64,000 nucleotides of DNA from Octopus sinensis. Lineage: Eukaryota. The notes under the pieces were generated by a model that saw nothing but the letters and a program-made list of their open reading frames with translations, did no database searches and was not told where the DNA came from. Shown piece by piece: positions 13,008 through 26,492 of the stretch. The first letter of the stretch is position 1. Every line of letters starts with the position of its first letter. The DNA is taken from NCBI RefSeq assembly GCF_006345805.1, contig NC_042998.1:160208001-160272000 (forward strand), read 5' to 3'. Position numbers and translations under genes: made by a program.

Positions 13008-13445
13008 CATCATCATCATCATTTAACATTGGCTTTCTATACTGGCATGGGTTGGCTTTCTATGCTGGCATGGGTTGGCTTTCTATGCTGGCATGGGTTG
13101 GATGGTTTGACTAGAGCTGGTAAATTCAGGGGCTGTACCAAGCTCTATTGTCTGTTCTGGCATGGTTTCTATGGCTGTATGCCCTTCCTAACACCAACCA
13201 CTCCATAGAGTGTACTGGGTGCTTTGAATGTGGCACCAGCACAAATACTTTTTATGTGGTACCAGCACTGGTATCAATTCTGCTGTCATGGACAGGTCTT
13301 CTTCAGTACAACAATGCACCAAGTATCTTGGCCCTTAATCATCTCCTTTGTAAGGCACAGTGTCTTGTGATTGGCCTTCGATACTTTGTCCCATATCTTC
13401 CTGGGTCTCCTTCTTCCACAAATTCTATCCACTTTAAGTGATCTT
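13008..13445 (-). mobile_element. Decayed RTE-family 3' end with a local 22-bp triplication
   Basis: (CAT)n tail, then TTGGCTTTCTATGCTGGCATGGG three times at about 13029-13100. Confidence 0.7.
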
Positions 13446-13786
13446 CACTTCCGTATGCAAGTGTCTAACTTTCAAAAATCTGCAAAACATTTATTCAGCA
13501 CTTTTCCATGACAGTAGGTAATTATGTGTGCATACACACAAACACTGATATTGTTTTTGTAATTTGTTTCTTATAGCCTTTTTGATTAAATTTATTTTTC
13601 CCATTCTATCCTAATCATTGTTGGATCCTGCTCCTAAGAAATAAGAACTTGTTGTTTAATCTGAGTGTAATTTACTGGCAATTGTACCTTAGGTTTCATT
13701 TCATCACAATGATAGCTTTTATCTGCAGATCTAATTTGAACACATACTGGTGACAAGAGTCTACTTACATACATATATATATATTC

Positions 13787-13918
<132 letters not shown>

Positions 13919-15068
13919 TAAATGATTGGAAACTTCACATTGGTATGAACAAATGCTGATAGCTTCATGTAATAATTTCCATGTAGTTTAACTTCCTTTT
14001 TTCTCTTGTGATTGAAATCTACCGAGTTTCCTATGTCTGTCTATCTTTTATCGTAACCTTCCTTCCTTGTAAATTTCAAATTACTTCTTTATTAAATGAT
14101 TAAGGATTTAATGCTTATAATTCTATATGTGTGTGTGTGAGTGAGTGCATGCTTGTATATATGTGTGAGTGTATGTATGTATATATATGATACACACATA
14201 TATTTCTCTCTCAATGTCTGTCTGTCTGTCTCTCTCTCTCTCTATATATATATATCTATATATTTTGCTTTTAGAATTTCTTGTTTATTTTGCTCATGTT
14301 ACCATTAATAAAGCATATCACTAATATGTTGAAAACTCTCTTTTAATATATTGCAATTACTTGTTTATCTTTTTAGTACTTGGCATTATCATGGTAGATT
14401 CATGCATATATATGTATGTATTGTTTGGTAACGAAGCGTGATATTTAAATTATCCTATATAATTTAAGTCTCTGTAGACCAGAACCATCTTCCTATGGAG
14501 TAAAAGTTTATTTATTATAATATAAATAAATTTTGTTCTTAAAGTTGAATATAAATTATGTATGAAAAATAATAATAATGATAATAATAAAAATAATGGT
14601 AAACTGCGTTAATATTTCTTTTTATTTTAGTTTTCTGTCTGCAGCAAAGTTTAAGTTCTCTGATTGCTTCTAATTGTTTCAGTGATTAAATTGTAAAAAA
14701 TAACAACTTTAGATTATGCTGGCATTACCTGCAGATATTTGTTTTATGATCAAGAATTACTTATTTTATAACTACATCCTCTGGAGATAATGATTTCTAA
14801 CAGTCATAAAATTGCTGTGATGTCAGTCAGCTAGCCAGGGAACATGTGGAGTTGCTTGACCTACATAAAATAGCAGTCAAATCTCCTTCCACTTACGCCC
14901 CACTGATTCAAGAAGAAAAAGACACATCAGAAAATATTGTCCTAGACTACACTGTCTGAAAGAAAAAAAAGATTCCAAAGTTAATGCTTGATGCCTTTGA
15001 TGAGAATTCAACTGGATCAGGGCTGACCTTAGGCTAAGGTACAACCTATATATTTATATATATGATAT

Positions 15069-15790
15069 AGAGCAATACATAGGCCAAACAAAAAACAGTC
15101 TATGTAAAAGAATGGCTCTGCACAGATCCTAGATAAAAATTCCCCAGAACAGAAAAATAGCATTCAGCCAGCACTTAGACATTTGTGCCAATAACAAAAA
15201 ATCCAAGCTTCAGAATTTTTCCCCTCCACCAGTTCAGGGACGATACAACCTGGAGCTAATGAATTAGTAGAGAGACTCTCTTTATTACAAAATACAGACA
15301 CCTTTTGAATGTGTCTACGACAAACGACATATCTACCACAGCCTTAGAATAACACAAATACACATGCAAATATTAAAAATGATACACTCGAGAGATTCCC
15401 AAGAATTCATTAAAAAAACAGTCCCAATCACTGCTATAATCCATAACGAATCACTTTTAGGTCATTTGAACATTTAACACCTTACTACTTTCATACTACC
15501 TACATTCTCCCTACATACTACCTACATTCTCTTCTTCTTCTTCTTCTTCTTCTTCTTCTTCTTCTTCACCCCAAGAATTCACAAGGACCTGGAACCCGCA
15601 AGAGTAAACAAGATAGACAGAGACAGGTAGAAACAAGAAAAATGCCACTTGTATTTGAACACTATACAAATATTCTTTTAAGAAAACTTTTCTTTTAATT
15701 TTTCTAAATTTAATTGTTTACTTACAGTTGAAAAAGTCTCAATGACTGAAACCGGTACTGAAATGTTTTTTATAAAATTATTTTAGCATT
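15069..15790 (+). mobile_element. Penelope-like element 3' end: decayed GIY-YIG endonuclease plus pLTR-like tail
   Basis: EQYIGQTKNSLCKRMALHRS*IK...FSQHLDIC, then a frameshift, then RIFPLHQF...ETLFITKYRHLLN. A hammerhead-like motif follows at 15725. Confidence 0.75.
15725..15760 (+). ncRNA. Degenerate minimal type-I hammerhead ribozyme
   Basis: CAG-TTGAAAA-AGTC/GACT-GAAA-CCG-GTA-CTG: stem I CAG/CTG, stem II 4 bp, palindromic stem III ACCGGT. Two core substitutions relative to CUGANGA. Confidence 0.6.
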
Positions 15791-17020
15791 TTCTATATTG
15801 ACTTTTTTCCCCATATATATATATATACACAGGCACATATTAGGAAGGGCAACCAACTGTAAAAACCATGCCAAAGCAGACACTGGAGTTTGATGCAGTT
15901 CTTGATTCATTGGAACCTTGTCAATCTGTCCAGCCCATGCCAGCATGGAACATGGATGTTAAATGATAGTGATGATGATGATGTGTGTGTATGTATGTAT
16001 GTGTGTATGCATGCAGGCAAAACTAAAGTGGTGGCAGTAATTCCTTTTCTGATAAAAACTGACGATTGACGGTGTGCAAGAGAGAGAGAAACCTGCAAAG
16101 ACAAGATCAATCATATCAGATTATATAATTTGAGTTTTATAAATTCCCACCTTTCAGCAGTATCAGTTCTACTCTTTGGCCATATCAATTTTTATACTTT
16201 AATCATATCAGTTTTACCCATCACTCTAACTGATTATAATTTTATCATTCATTCACATTAGCCTTACACTTCAGCCAAATCAGTTTTCCCTTTCATTCTC
16301 GTCAGATTTTTTTTTCCAAACTTTAGTCATATCAGTTTTATTCTGCAGCCATTATCTTTAACCCTTCAATCATATGAATTTTACACAACATATTTAAAAT
16401 TCAGTCTAGGAATTTATTGTTATTTATTGTTACCGTATTGTGACACGTAAAAGGCACTGGTGCTGGTGACATGTAAAAGGCACCCACGACACTGTTGGAG
16501 TGGTTGGTATTAGGAAGGGAATCCAGCCATAGACACTGAGCCAAACCAGACTGGAGCCTGGTACAGCTCTCTGGTTTACAAGTTGCAGTCAAACTGTCTA
16601 ACCCATGCCAGCATGGAAGATGGACACTAAATGATGATGATGATAATTGTTTAAGTAACAATATTTTCTCTGAAAATATATCTTACCATAAACTCATCCA
16701 CCTATTAATATGTTTTAGATAGAGGCTGTTGGTACTTCTTCACAAGAACATAGAATTATTTTTACAAATATGAGTGCAGGTATGGCTGGGATAAGCACAT
16801 GTTTCTTCTCAAACACATGTTTCTGGATTCCATCTTACTGTGTGGCATCTTGGGAAAGTCTTATACTATAGTCCCAGAGTGACCAAAACCTTGGTGGATT
16901 TGGTTGATAGAAGCTGAAAAGAAGCCTTCATATATGTATATATAGTTGAATTTACAGAAAAACAAAAGACGAAAACAACAAACAGGTGTATTAGTTTAAT
17001 GCTTGGGAAAGTGAGAAAGT

Positions 17021-17056
17021 CTTTTACATTTCTAGCCTACAATCTTCAACAGAAAG
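17021..17056 (-). ncRNA. Highly decayed minimal hammerhead-like motif
   Basis: Minus strand CTTT-CTGTTGA-A-GATTGTAGGCTA-GAAAT-GTA-AAAG. Stem I CTTT/AAAG is intact; stem II is disrupted. Confidence 0.35.
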
Positions 17057-17202
17057 GAACATGAGGAAATAAATAGAGAGAATAAAAAACTGTATATAAA
17101 TGTGTATGTGTGTGTTTATGTTTATATATATGTGTACATATACAAAGGTGTGTGTACACACACACACACATACACACATAAATATATATATGTACATATC
17201 AT

Positions 17203-18790
17203 CATCATCATTATTTAACATCTGTTGTCTATGCTAGCATGGGTTGAATGGTTTGACCTGGGCTGGTAAGTTGAGGTGCTGCACCAGACTCCAGTCTGAT
17301 TTGGCATGCTTTCCACAGCTAGATGCCCTTCCTAATGCCAACCACTCTGAGAGTGTAATGAGTGATTTTACGTGCCATTGGCATGGGTGCGAGTTACATG
17401 ACATCGACATTGGCCACATTGCCTCCATGAGGTCCAACACTTGAATGGTGCTTGTTATGTGTGACTGGCATTGGCCACATTGCCTCCATGAGGCCCGATG
17501 CTTGAATGGTGCATTTTACATGTCACCAGCACAGGTGCCAGTTATGTGACACTGACAGCAGCTACATTGCCTTTGTGAGGCCTAATGCTTGAATTATGCT
17601 TTTTATGTGCTACCAGCCTGGGTTCCAGTTACGTGACACCAACACAGGTGCCAGTTACACGACATAGGCATTGGCCACATTGCCTCTCTGAGGCCCAGCA
17701 CTCAAATGGTGCTTTTTATGTGCCATTGGCATAGGTGCCAGTTACATGACATCAACATCAGCCACATTGCCTCCATGAGGCCCAATGCTTGAATGGTGTT
17801 TTTACATGCCACTAGCATGGGTACCAGCTACATGATGCTAGAATCAGTCCCAACTATGATTTCACTTGGCTTGACAGGTCTTCTCAAGCACGGCATATTG
17901 CCAATGGTCTCAGTCACTAGTCATTGCCTCCATGAGGCCCAGTGTTTGAAGATCATGCTTCACCACCTCGTCCCATGTCTTCCTGGGTCTACCTCTACCA
18001 CAAGTTCCCTCCTCAGTTAGAGACCAGCACTTCTTTACACAGCTGCCCTTGTCCATATGCATCACATGACCATACCAGTGCAGTTGTCTCTCTTGCACAC
18101 TACACCTGATGCCTCATGCCCGACTTTTCTCTCAAGATGCTTACACTCTGTCATATATGCACACTGACATTGCATATCCAGCAAAGCATGCTAACTTCAT
18201 TTCTTTCAAGCTTGCACATGCCCTTGGCAGTCACAGCCCATGTTTCACTGCCATAAAGCATAGCTGTATGTACACAGGCATCATACAATCTGCCTTTCAG
18301 TCTGAGGAAGAGACCTTTTGTTACCAACAGAGGTAGGAGCTCTCTGAACTTTGCCCAACCTATTCTTATTCTTGCAGCTATGCTCTCAGAGCATCAACTT
18401 CTACTATTTACTTAGTCACCTAAATATTGAAAGTTGTCAACTACCTCTAACTTACCCTGCTGGCAGTTGATGGTGTTCTATTTTCTGTACATTTTCAGTG
18501 TTTATTGTGCCTGTGTACCTTCTGCACACAAAAACTATTTTCCCAGGTAATCTTCCTCTGATATTGTTGTACTACTTATATGTCCATAGCTTGCACTGGG
18601 GACATTTTATGGAGTTTCTACCTATGCCTTTCCTACAGATCAAGCAGGGCCATCTACCTGAAGGGATTTGTGATTTGTCTACTTTCCTACTTACTAAGAC
18701 TTTGGTTTTTGCTAAATTAACTATAAGGCCCTTTGATTCTAGACCTTGCTTTCATACCTGAAGTTTCCTCTCTAGTCTTTGTAGTGATTC
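17203..18790 (-). mobile_element. 5'-truncated, decayed RTE LINE (RT C-terminus, tandem-repeat 3' UTR, (GAT)n tail)
   Basis: MQERQLHWYGHV...GTCGRGRPRKTWDEVVKHDL. Colinear with 29118-30690. Confidence 0.85.
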
Positions 18791-21700
18791 AGCTATATGT
18801 ATGTATATGTGTGTGTTACTGTCTCCGGACCTTGACATTGTGTAATATTTGTAAATGAAAGTTACCATCGTGCAAATGTTATCTTTCATTTCCAGTCTTC
18901 TGTGAAAATGTCTTGAAATATGCCCCTAGTTGAAAACAGGTGAGGGTTGGTGACAGGAAGGGCATCCAACCGTAGAAAATCTGCCTCAACAAAAAGCATC
19001 TGAATCTCAATACAGAAGGAAATTACATATTTTCTTCAAGTGATTACCTCTGTTATCTTTCTAGCACAAAAAATAGTTGGCCATTTGATTGATTTAATTG
19101 TCCTCTAAGAGCAAGCTCTGATCTGGTTGATATTCAGGAAAATTAAAGTTGGGAAATAAGTTTTAGGGCTGTAAGGGTTATAAGTAATAAGAATTATAGA
19201 CTGAGTCATATTTATTTAAGTTGGTTGAGAAAGAACATTATAGTGGAAGTTTTATTTTAATTTTTGGAGTTCAGTGACTTTTTCTAATTTGTTATGATAT
19301 GTCCAAGTTTTATTCAAATCCCTAGAAATAATTTTCCCATCCGAGTTAATAGAATCATCTATAGCATTTCCTGGCACACTAGACACTTGTCTATTGTACA
19401 TGTTGTTTAGCCCAAGGTTAGCCTTGATTAAACAGATCTATGATCAAAAGCATTCTAGTGGTGATTCATCTTCTTTTCCCTGCATACTTTTCACTCAGGG
19501 TCATATTATCCAATATATCATCTCTTTTTAAAAGAGGGTGTGATTTGAGATAGATTGACTGCAATTTCTGACAATTTAAGCCAGTTATTACAAAGAAAAA
19601 TCCGATGTAAAAATTATTACTCTTCTAATTACAGACTGAACCCTCAATAGATACCAAGCAGAAGCCATTGAAACAAGGTTAGTAAATCTTATTTCTCTAA
19701 TTTTTTTTGTTTTACATCCATTTGCCTCTTTTGGGAAGGTTGGTGTAACTTTCAAAATTGGAAACCTGCATGGATTTATCGATTATGAACCATAATTGTC
19801 TATCATGATTCAGGCAAACTGAGGTTAATGTAGAGGAATATAGTTGTCCAACGGTACAACATAATAGGAATAGCAGAGTTTGAAATTACATCCTGTGTTT
19901 CAGTTCTTTGCAATTTTTTGATGATTTTTTCAAAATATGTATTTGTATGTAAGCATGCAGTCTCTTTTTTCTTTTTAATTCTTTGACATTTACAGATAGA
20001 GAACTTTAGGTTTGCTTTCATCCAGCAAATCTATGACCAAAACATTCCAGCCATGACTATCCTGTCTTTTGTTCAAGCATTGTGTAAATTTCAGATTACA
20101 TTATTGAATGTATATATTAGCGAGAGAGGCAGAATTAATCCTGAGAGGCATTAATTTTGAGAGGCATTAATATACATTAATGAATATATATTAGCAACAG
20201 AGGTATTAATACTACCACTGTCACTAATATATATTTTTTTAACAAGCTTTCTGGCTATTTGTGACATCAGCACCTGTTCTGGCACTGTTATTTTCTATAT
20301 TGTTGGCAGGGAGATGTGTTGTTGCTATATCTAGTGATTGAGTGTCCAACATTGACAAAACCAAAGAAGGTAGAAATCACATGGTCTCGTGGTCTTGGTG
20401 CTGGAGATGGCAGGGATTTATCTCCTTGCTAGCGATGTAAACAAGAATGCATTTTGCACAAGCAGCAAATATGAGAGTTTCTCTTTTGGTATCCACTGCA
20501 GTATAGTTTGTTCTACCAGAACATCCATGTTCAAGTAGGGATAAATATTCCTCATTATTGAATGTGTTCTTCCTTTCACTTATAATGGCATATACTAGTT
20601 GATGAACAGGATTTCATAACAAAAGTACCAGTACATTGTGGTTATCAGTAATTATGAATACACAACTCATATACAACAATGTCTTTAATATTTATTATTG
20701 CTGTGAAAATAGAACTCATGATTAATGCATAGCAGCCTTGCTAGAGCCTTAAGTGGGGATCAATCTCAACTAGTTTTGTCTTTCATCGAAGAAACCTATC
20801 TACTAAAGTTTGGAAGAGGTATATATGATAATGATCATCATCATTACCACCAACACTGTCTCCTCCTCCTCCTCCTGTGCCGTTGCCACCACAGCAGCAG
20901 CATTTTTATGTATGTTTACTTTTCCCATCCTGGCATAGGTTGCACCAAGCATCTTGAGGCAGTATTCTATGACCTGATGCCCTTCCTGATGCCACCTTTT
21001 ACTTGTTTTCAAGTAGGGTACTTTATTCCAATGGACATTGTATGTCAAACTGTCAAGTGAGATGTTTTATTTGTGGGGGAACATAAGCAAGAAAACATGC
21101 AGGAAAGCATGCACATATACACTCATGACCCCCCCCCCACGCATGATGGGAAGATGAGTTAGTTAAATGATTTGGACCATGATGGAAAAGAATAACAAAA
21201 AAATTGAAAGCACAGTGATGTATAACAGCATCTGATAGTTTGGCTGATAGTGATTGATACTCACACACACAAACACACACACACACAGTTTATGCACAAG
21301 GGGTTTCTGTACAGTTTCCAGCTACCAAATTTCTTTCACAAAGCATAGGTCAGTCTAAAGCTAAAGTAGATGACACTTAGTCTAAGTACCTCATGCTAAG
21401 ATTGAACCTGAAACCTTGTGAATTTGGAAGCAAAACTTCTTAACCATACAGCCATGCCTGCACCTGTAAAAATCAATAAATAATATATCCTCCTCTGCCT
21501 TGAAAAAATATTAGTTGAACTTATTGACCCCAGTGCTTATAATTTTTTTGTAAAGCCTGCTACTAATTCTATTGGTCTCTTTTGCTGAACTGTTAAATGG
21601 CAGGAACTGTTAAGTGACAGAGTCAAGCAGTTGTAGGAGACATGCACAAATACACACACACACATTGGACGAAGTGGTGAGAAAGGATCAATACAGAAAT

Positions 21701-22233
21701 AGCGCGATGGCATTCCCCCTGGATGGGTGGTTTGTCCACGAAAGCTGGAGGTCCCGCAATTGTACGTAGACCCTCACCTTGCCTGAGGTGGATGGGTGTT
21801 AATGTGTGGGCATGCGGCGATCCACTGCCAGTGGCCCAATACTGCACCACACCAATTATTGATCCTTTCTCTTGGGCTTCACAGAGGGGATGACAAGGAA
21901 CTGAGACTTCTGGTGGTTTGCTGTGCTTGAGAAAGGATGTCAAGTTAAGTAAAATCGTGGTTGTCTTTGCATATAGGCATGTCCCTTACATCTCTCTTCA
22001 GCTGAGGATCCTAAACTTGTAGACTCATGGATGCTGGTGCCACGTAAAAAGCACCCAAACCAGTGCTGTGTAAAAGCACCCAGTACACTCTGCAAAGTGG
22101 TTGGCATCCAGCCATAGAAATAATGCCAAAGCAGACATGAAGCTTGGGCAACGCTTCAGTTGGCCAGCTTCTGTCAAACCGTCCAACCCATGCCAGTGAG
22201 GAAAATGGACATTAAATGATGATGATGATGATA

Positions 22234-22641
22234 TCTCTTTTACTCTTTTACTTGTTTCAGTCATATGACTGTGGCCATGCTGGGGCACCGCCTTTAGTCG
22301 AGCAAATCGACCCCGGGACTTCTTCTTTGTAAGCCCAGTACTCATTCTATCGGTCTCTTTTGCCGAACCGCTAAGTGACAGGGACGTAAACACACCAGCA
22401 TCGGTTGTCAAGCAATGCTAGGGGGACAAACACAGACACACAAACACACACTCACATACATATATATATACATATATACGACAGGCTTCTTTCAGTTTCT
22501 GTCTACCAAATCCACTCACAAGGCATTGGTCGGCCCGGGGCTATAGCAGAAGACACTTGCCCAAGATGCCACGCAGTGGGACTGAACCCAGAACCATGTG
22601 GTTGGTTAGCAAGCTACTTACCACACAGCCACTCCTGCGCC
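22234..22641 (-). mobile_element. tRNA-derived SINE family 1, full length
   Basis: Head GGCGCAGGAGTGGCTGTGTGG (A box) and GGTTCAGTCCC (B box-like), a central (CA/TA)n tract, and a (GAGTAAAA)n tail. Confidence 0.85.
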
Positions 22642-22719
22642 ATATACAAAGGTAAAATACCCAATCTTTCTGCTGTTTTCACAGCTATACTGCTTTTGAA
22701 ATATTACTTTCTTCTCTGC

Positions 22720-22753
<34 letters not shown>

Positions 22754-23412
22754 TACACACACAATAGGCTTCTTTCAGTTTCTGTCTGCCATATACCCTC
22801 TTATAGGTAATGTAGACAAACTATAACTAAAGTAAAAACAAATGTACATGACATTAGAACATTGACAGTTGGGATTTTAGAAGAAAAAGTTCCAACATAA
22901 TAGAAAGTACCAATAGCAAAATTACTTTTCCTCTCGTAGAAGTTTGCTTATGTTTTATTATATAAAGATCTAATATTTATTTAAACTTGAATTGGTAGAA
23001 GGGGATGTGAACAATCTCTGATGAAGCTTTAATGAAACAAAACCGATTGGATTGATCCTCCCTTCTAGCTGATGAAGTACTTGTGATTAATCAATTGACT
23101 GTATTTTCATAGGGAGATGTAATATGTATTTATTGAACATATTGTATGTGCTTTCACACACAAGCACAAACACACACACACACACTACATACATAAATAT
23201 ATATATTTGTCTGTGTGATATATATATATATATTCACCATGCTTGACTACTATATATATATTAAAATACAAAATGGGACAAGAACGCAAAACATCTGGAC
23301 AGCTAGGTGATACAAAGAGGGACAACAAAACATCCAGATAGAAAACAAGGATGAGTTATTCGAAGTTTTCTTTCCTCAGCCAAGCACCAGATTATCCTCG
23401 CAATTTTGGTTG

Positions 23413-23479
<67 letters not shown>

Positions 23480-23491
<12 letters not shown>

Positions 23492-23800
23492 CACATACAT
23501 TCACCATGCTTGGCTGAGCGTGATTGTTGACAGTGCTGCCTGACTGGCTCCTGCGCCGGTGGCACATAAACAGCACCATTCGAGTGTGGTTGATGCCAGT
23601 ACTGCCTGACTGGCCCTCATGCTGCTGGCACGTAAAAAGCACCCACTACACTCTGGGTGTGATTGAAGAAGGGCATCCAGCTATAGATACTTTGCTAGAT
23701 CAGATTGGAACCTGGTGCAGCCTTCTGGCTTGCCAGCCCTCAGTCAAACCATGCAACCCATGCCAGCATGGAAAGTGGATGTTAAACGTCGATGATGATA
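23480..23800 (+). mobile_element. RTE-family 3' tail
   Basis: Homologous to 33500-33818. Confidence 0.75.
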
Positions 23801-26492
23801 TGTATATGTATATATATCCTATAAAGCTACATAAATGGTATTAGACTGAACCTGAGCTATGTGGATGGGAAGCAAACTTCTTACCACACAGCCATGCCAG
23901 CGTCTGTGTGTGTTTGTGTGAGGTGCAGGACTATAAATTAGTGCATGGAAAGCAAATACCTAATGGTGTTTAGTCTGTTGAGTTACATCCCTTTATAAGA
24001 CTGAGCTATTTGATAAATTATTACAAAATATGTAGTAGACAATTTATTAGGATCATTAAAATTCTTTGAAGCTAGCATCCCGACATGGGTGCAGCCTAAT
24101 TGTTGTAATCAGTAAAAAATACAAAAGAAAATATGTTGGTAACATGTTTTTTGTGTGTTAGTATATTTCTTATTTTTATTTGTGCATATTTTAATAATTA
24201 TAAACAAATAAACAAACAAAATGAATTGTTTCTTTTAACTTAAGCATATGATTAGCATCAGAAATTGCTGTAGTATTTGGTACCATTATTTAATATATTC
24301 CTTGTTAACAAACAGCTGGTAAATATCAACATTTGATATCACTATTTTTTACCATTTTTAGTCATGTCACTTTCTCTTTTGCCATCACATTTAGCATATA
24401 CTAAACTGGTTCAGTGGAAAATGCATTTAACATCATCACTCACTTGCTGTTCAAATCATCTTCAACATCATTAATTGGCCTGCTTGTCTGTCTGCCTGTC
24501 TGTCTGCTGGTCCACCCTCCCTACCTCATCCCACTTTCCACCTTCACCCTTCTTTCTTCCCTCCCTCCTCCACACACACCTCATGCTTAATATAATTGAT
24601 TGTCATACTTAATATCATAAAATGGCTGTTGCTACCATATTTAACATGGTGTCTTGACTTTTAACTCCATATTTGATATCACCAATTTATGGTTGCTATC
24701 ATGTATCACCAATTAGCTTTTGTTATCACATTTAACATCGTTAATTAGCTTTTGCCATCGTATTTGATGTCCTTAATTGACTTTGGCGATATCCTGCCTC
24801 ATCAATTGTCTGCTTCGGTTTTATTGAATGCTCATGGTTCCATTAGAGATTTCCAGCATCTACTGTTGTCAGATCAAATGTTCTGATTGGTTATTGCCAT
24901 TCTATTGAACCATTTCAATAGGCTGTTGTCATCATAAAATTATCAGTTTGCTGCTGCTACTACATTATTATTATTATTATTAGCAACATCATCATCATTA
25001 TCATTATTATTATTATTGTTATTGTCTGGTCCAGTGTGGCTCAAAAGCAACTGATATCTTTTAAACTGAAACAGCTGACTGCATAATAAAAAGTGTTTTG
25101 TAAATTAATATTCAGCTTTTGTATTTTGTATTTCTTTGTTTTATCTATTTCTATGCTTTTTCTACCCAGAAAAGGGACAGGCCCATAACTATAGAGCAAG
25201 AAGAACAATTTCAAATGCTAGAAAAGAATTAAGCTGGCTGAGCTGTTCTTCAGACTGCTACTGGATCATATGATAGGAAAACATTTTGAGGAAATTTATT
25301 GGGTTTAAAGTAATATGTGGAATTAAGAGGAAGTGAATTGGTGGTGGTTGTGGTGGAGGGGAACTGTTCCACATCTGCAGGTGTTAGTAATTATTCAACA
25401 GTGTTTTATGAATTAATCTAAAGAGGTAAAGTGCCACTCATAGCCTTCAGAAATTCTCTTGGTTTGGGAATACTCTTAAATGTGTTCACTTGTTATTTAC
25501 TTTCTATCAGTTCTGACTGAGCAGACTTATGATCAAAGATATTCTACATGTGACTACCTGTATCACAGCTATCAATACCAACTCATCATCGCTAGTGTTA
25601 TACTCATCTTCATCATCATCATTGTCATTGATTTTGTATCTTCTTCTTTCATGCTGGCATGAATTGAATGAGACTTATTGAGGTAGTATTCCCTAACTGG
25701 ATACCATTCTTGCGATCAGCTCTTACTTGGTTTTCAAGTAAGGTACTTGCTATTTGTCTGGTGTTTGTGAGTTGAACCACTGATGTATGGATGTCACTAT
25801 TGCCCAAATAGTGTGAATACAAAAACACGAGAAGACAAGCATATACACACATGTGTGCATGCACACACACATGTGCATGCGTGCACACACACACACACAC
25901 ACATGACAGGCTTTCACACAGTTTCTATCTGCTAAATTTCACTCATAAAGCAGTGATCAGCTTGAGTTCATTACATGGTATCATGTAATGTGACTAAACC
26001 CCAAACCACATGCTTGTGAAGGGGATTCCTTAACTATGCCTGTTAATAACTATCCTGTAATTTTTTCCTTTGTCAGAGTGTAACTTGAAGATTTGGTTAC
26101 TAATGAGTTGAGTAAAAATCTAAAGGATCTTTCATTAGTTTATTGATTAGTTTAGTTTTATTTGTTGCAGGTAATTAACTGATGAGAAAGAGTTTCAGTT
26201 AAGTTTTCTGGTTTTCAAAATAGCATGCTTTTTGTTTTTTTTTCTGTAATATTACTGTGAAGTTAAAAAAGTAAACTGATTCTTATCACTAGAATCTATT
26301 TCATGTCAGACGTCATATATTTCAATTACTTTCCATTCTTTATCAGAATTAGTGAATAAAAAAGTAATTTTGTAATGATTGAAAATTTAACAGATCTTTA
26401 GAAAACAAACATATTTCACTCATAAAGCAGTGATCAGCTTGAGTTCATTGTAGAAGATGTGCCCATGGTATCATGTAATGTGACTTAACCCC

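Noticed and set aside
17390-17830. Repeat-spacer pattern superficially like a CRISPR array
   Set aside because: The context is eukaryotic, the units are imperfect with related spacers, no cas genes are present, and it lies inside a LINE 3' UTR.
19738-19796. Possible exon after a 60-nt intron downstream of 19677
   Set aside because: In the required phase it reads GLV* immediately; the longer frames are phase-incompatible.
20400-20530. Cys-rich minus-strand frame resembling a piggyBac C-terminal domain (KRETL..CCLCKMHSCL)
   Set aside because: It needs frameshifts and has no convincing adjoining transposase sequence.
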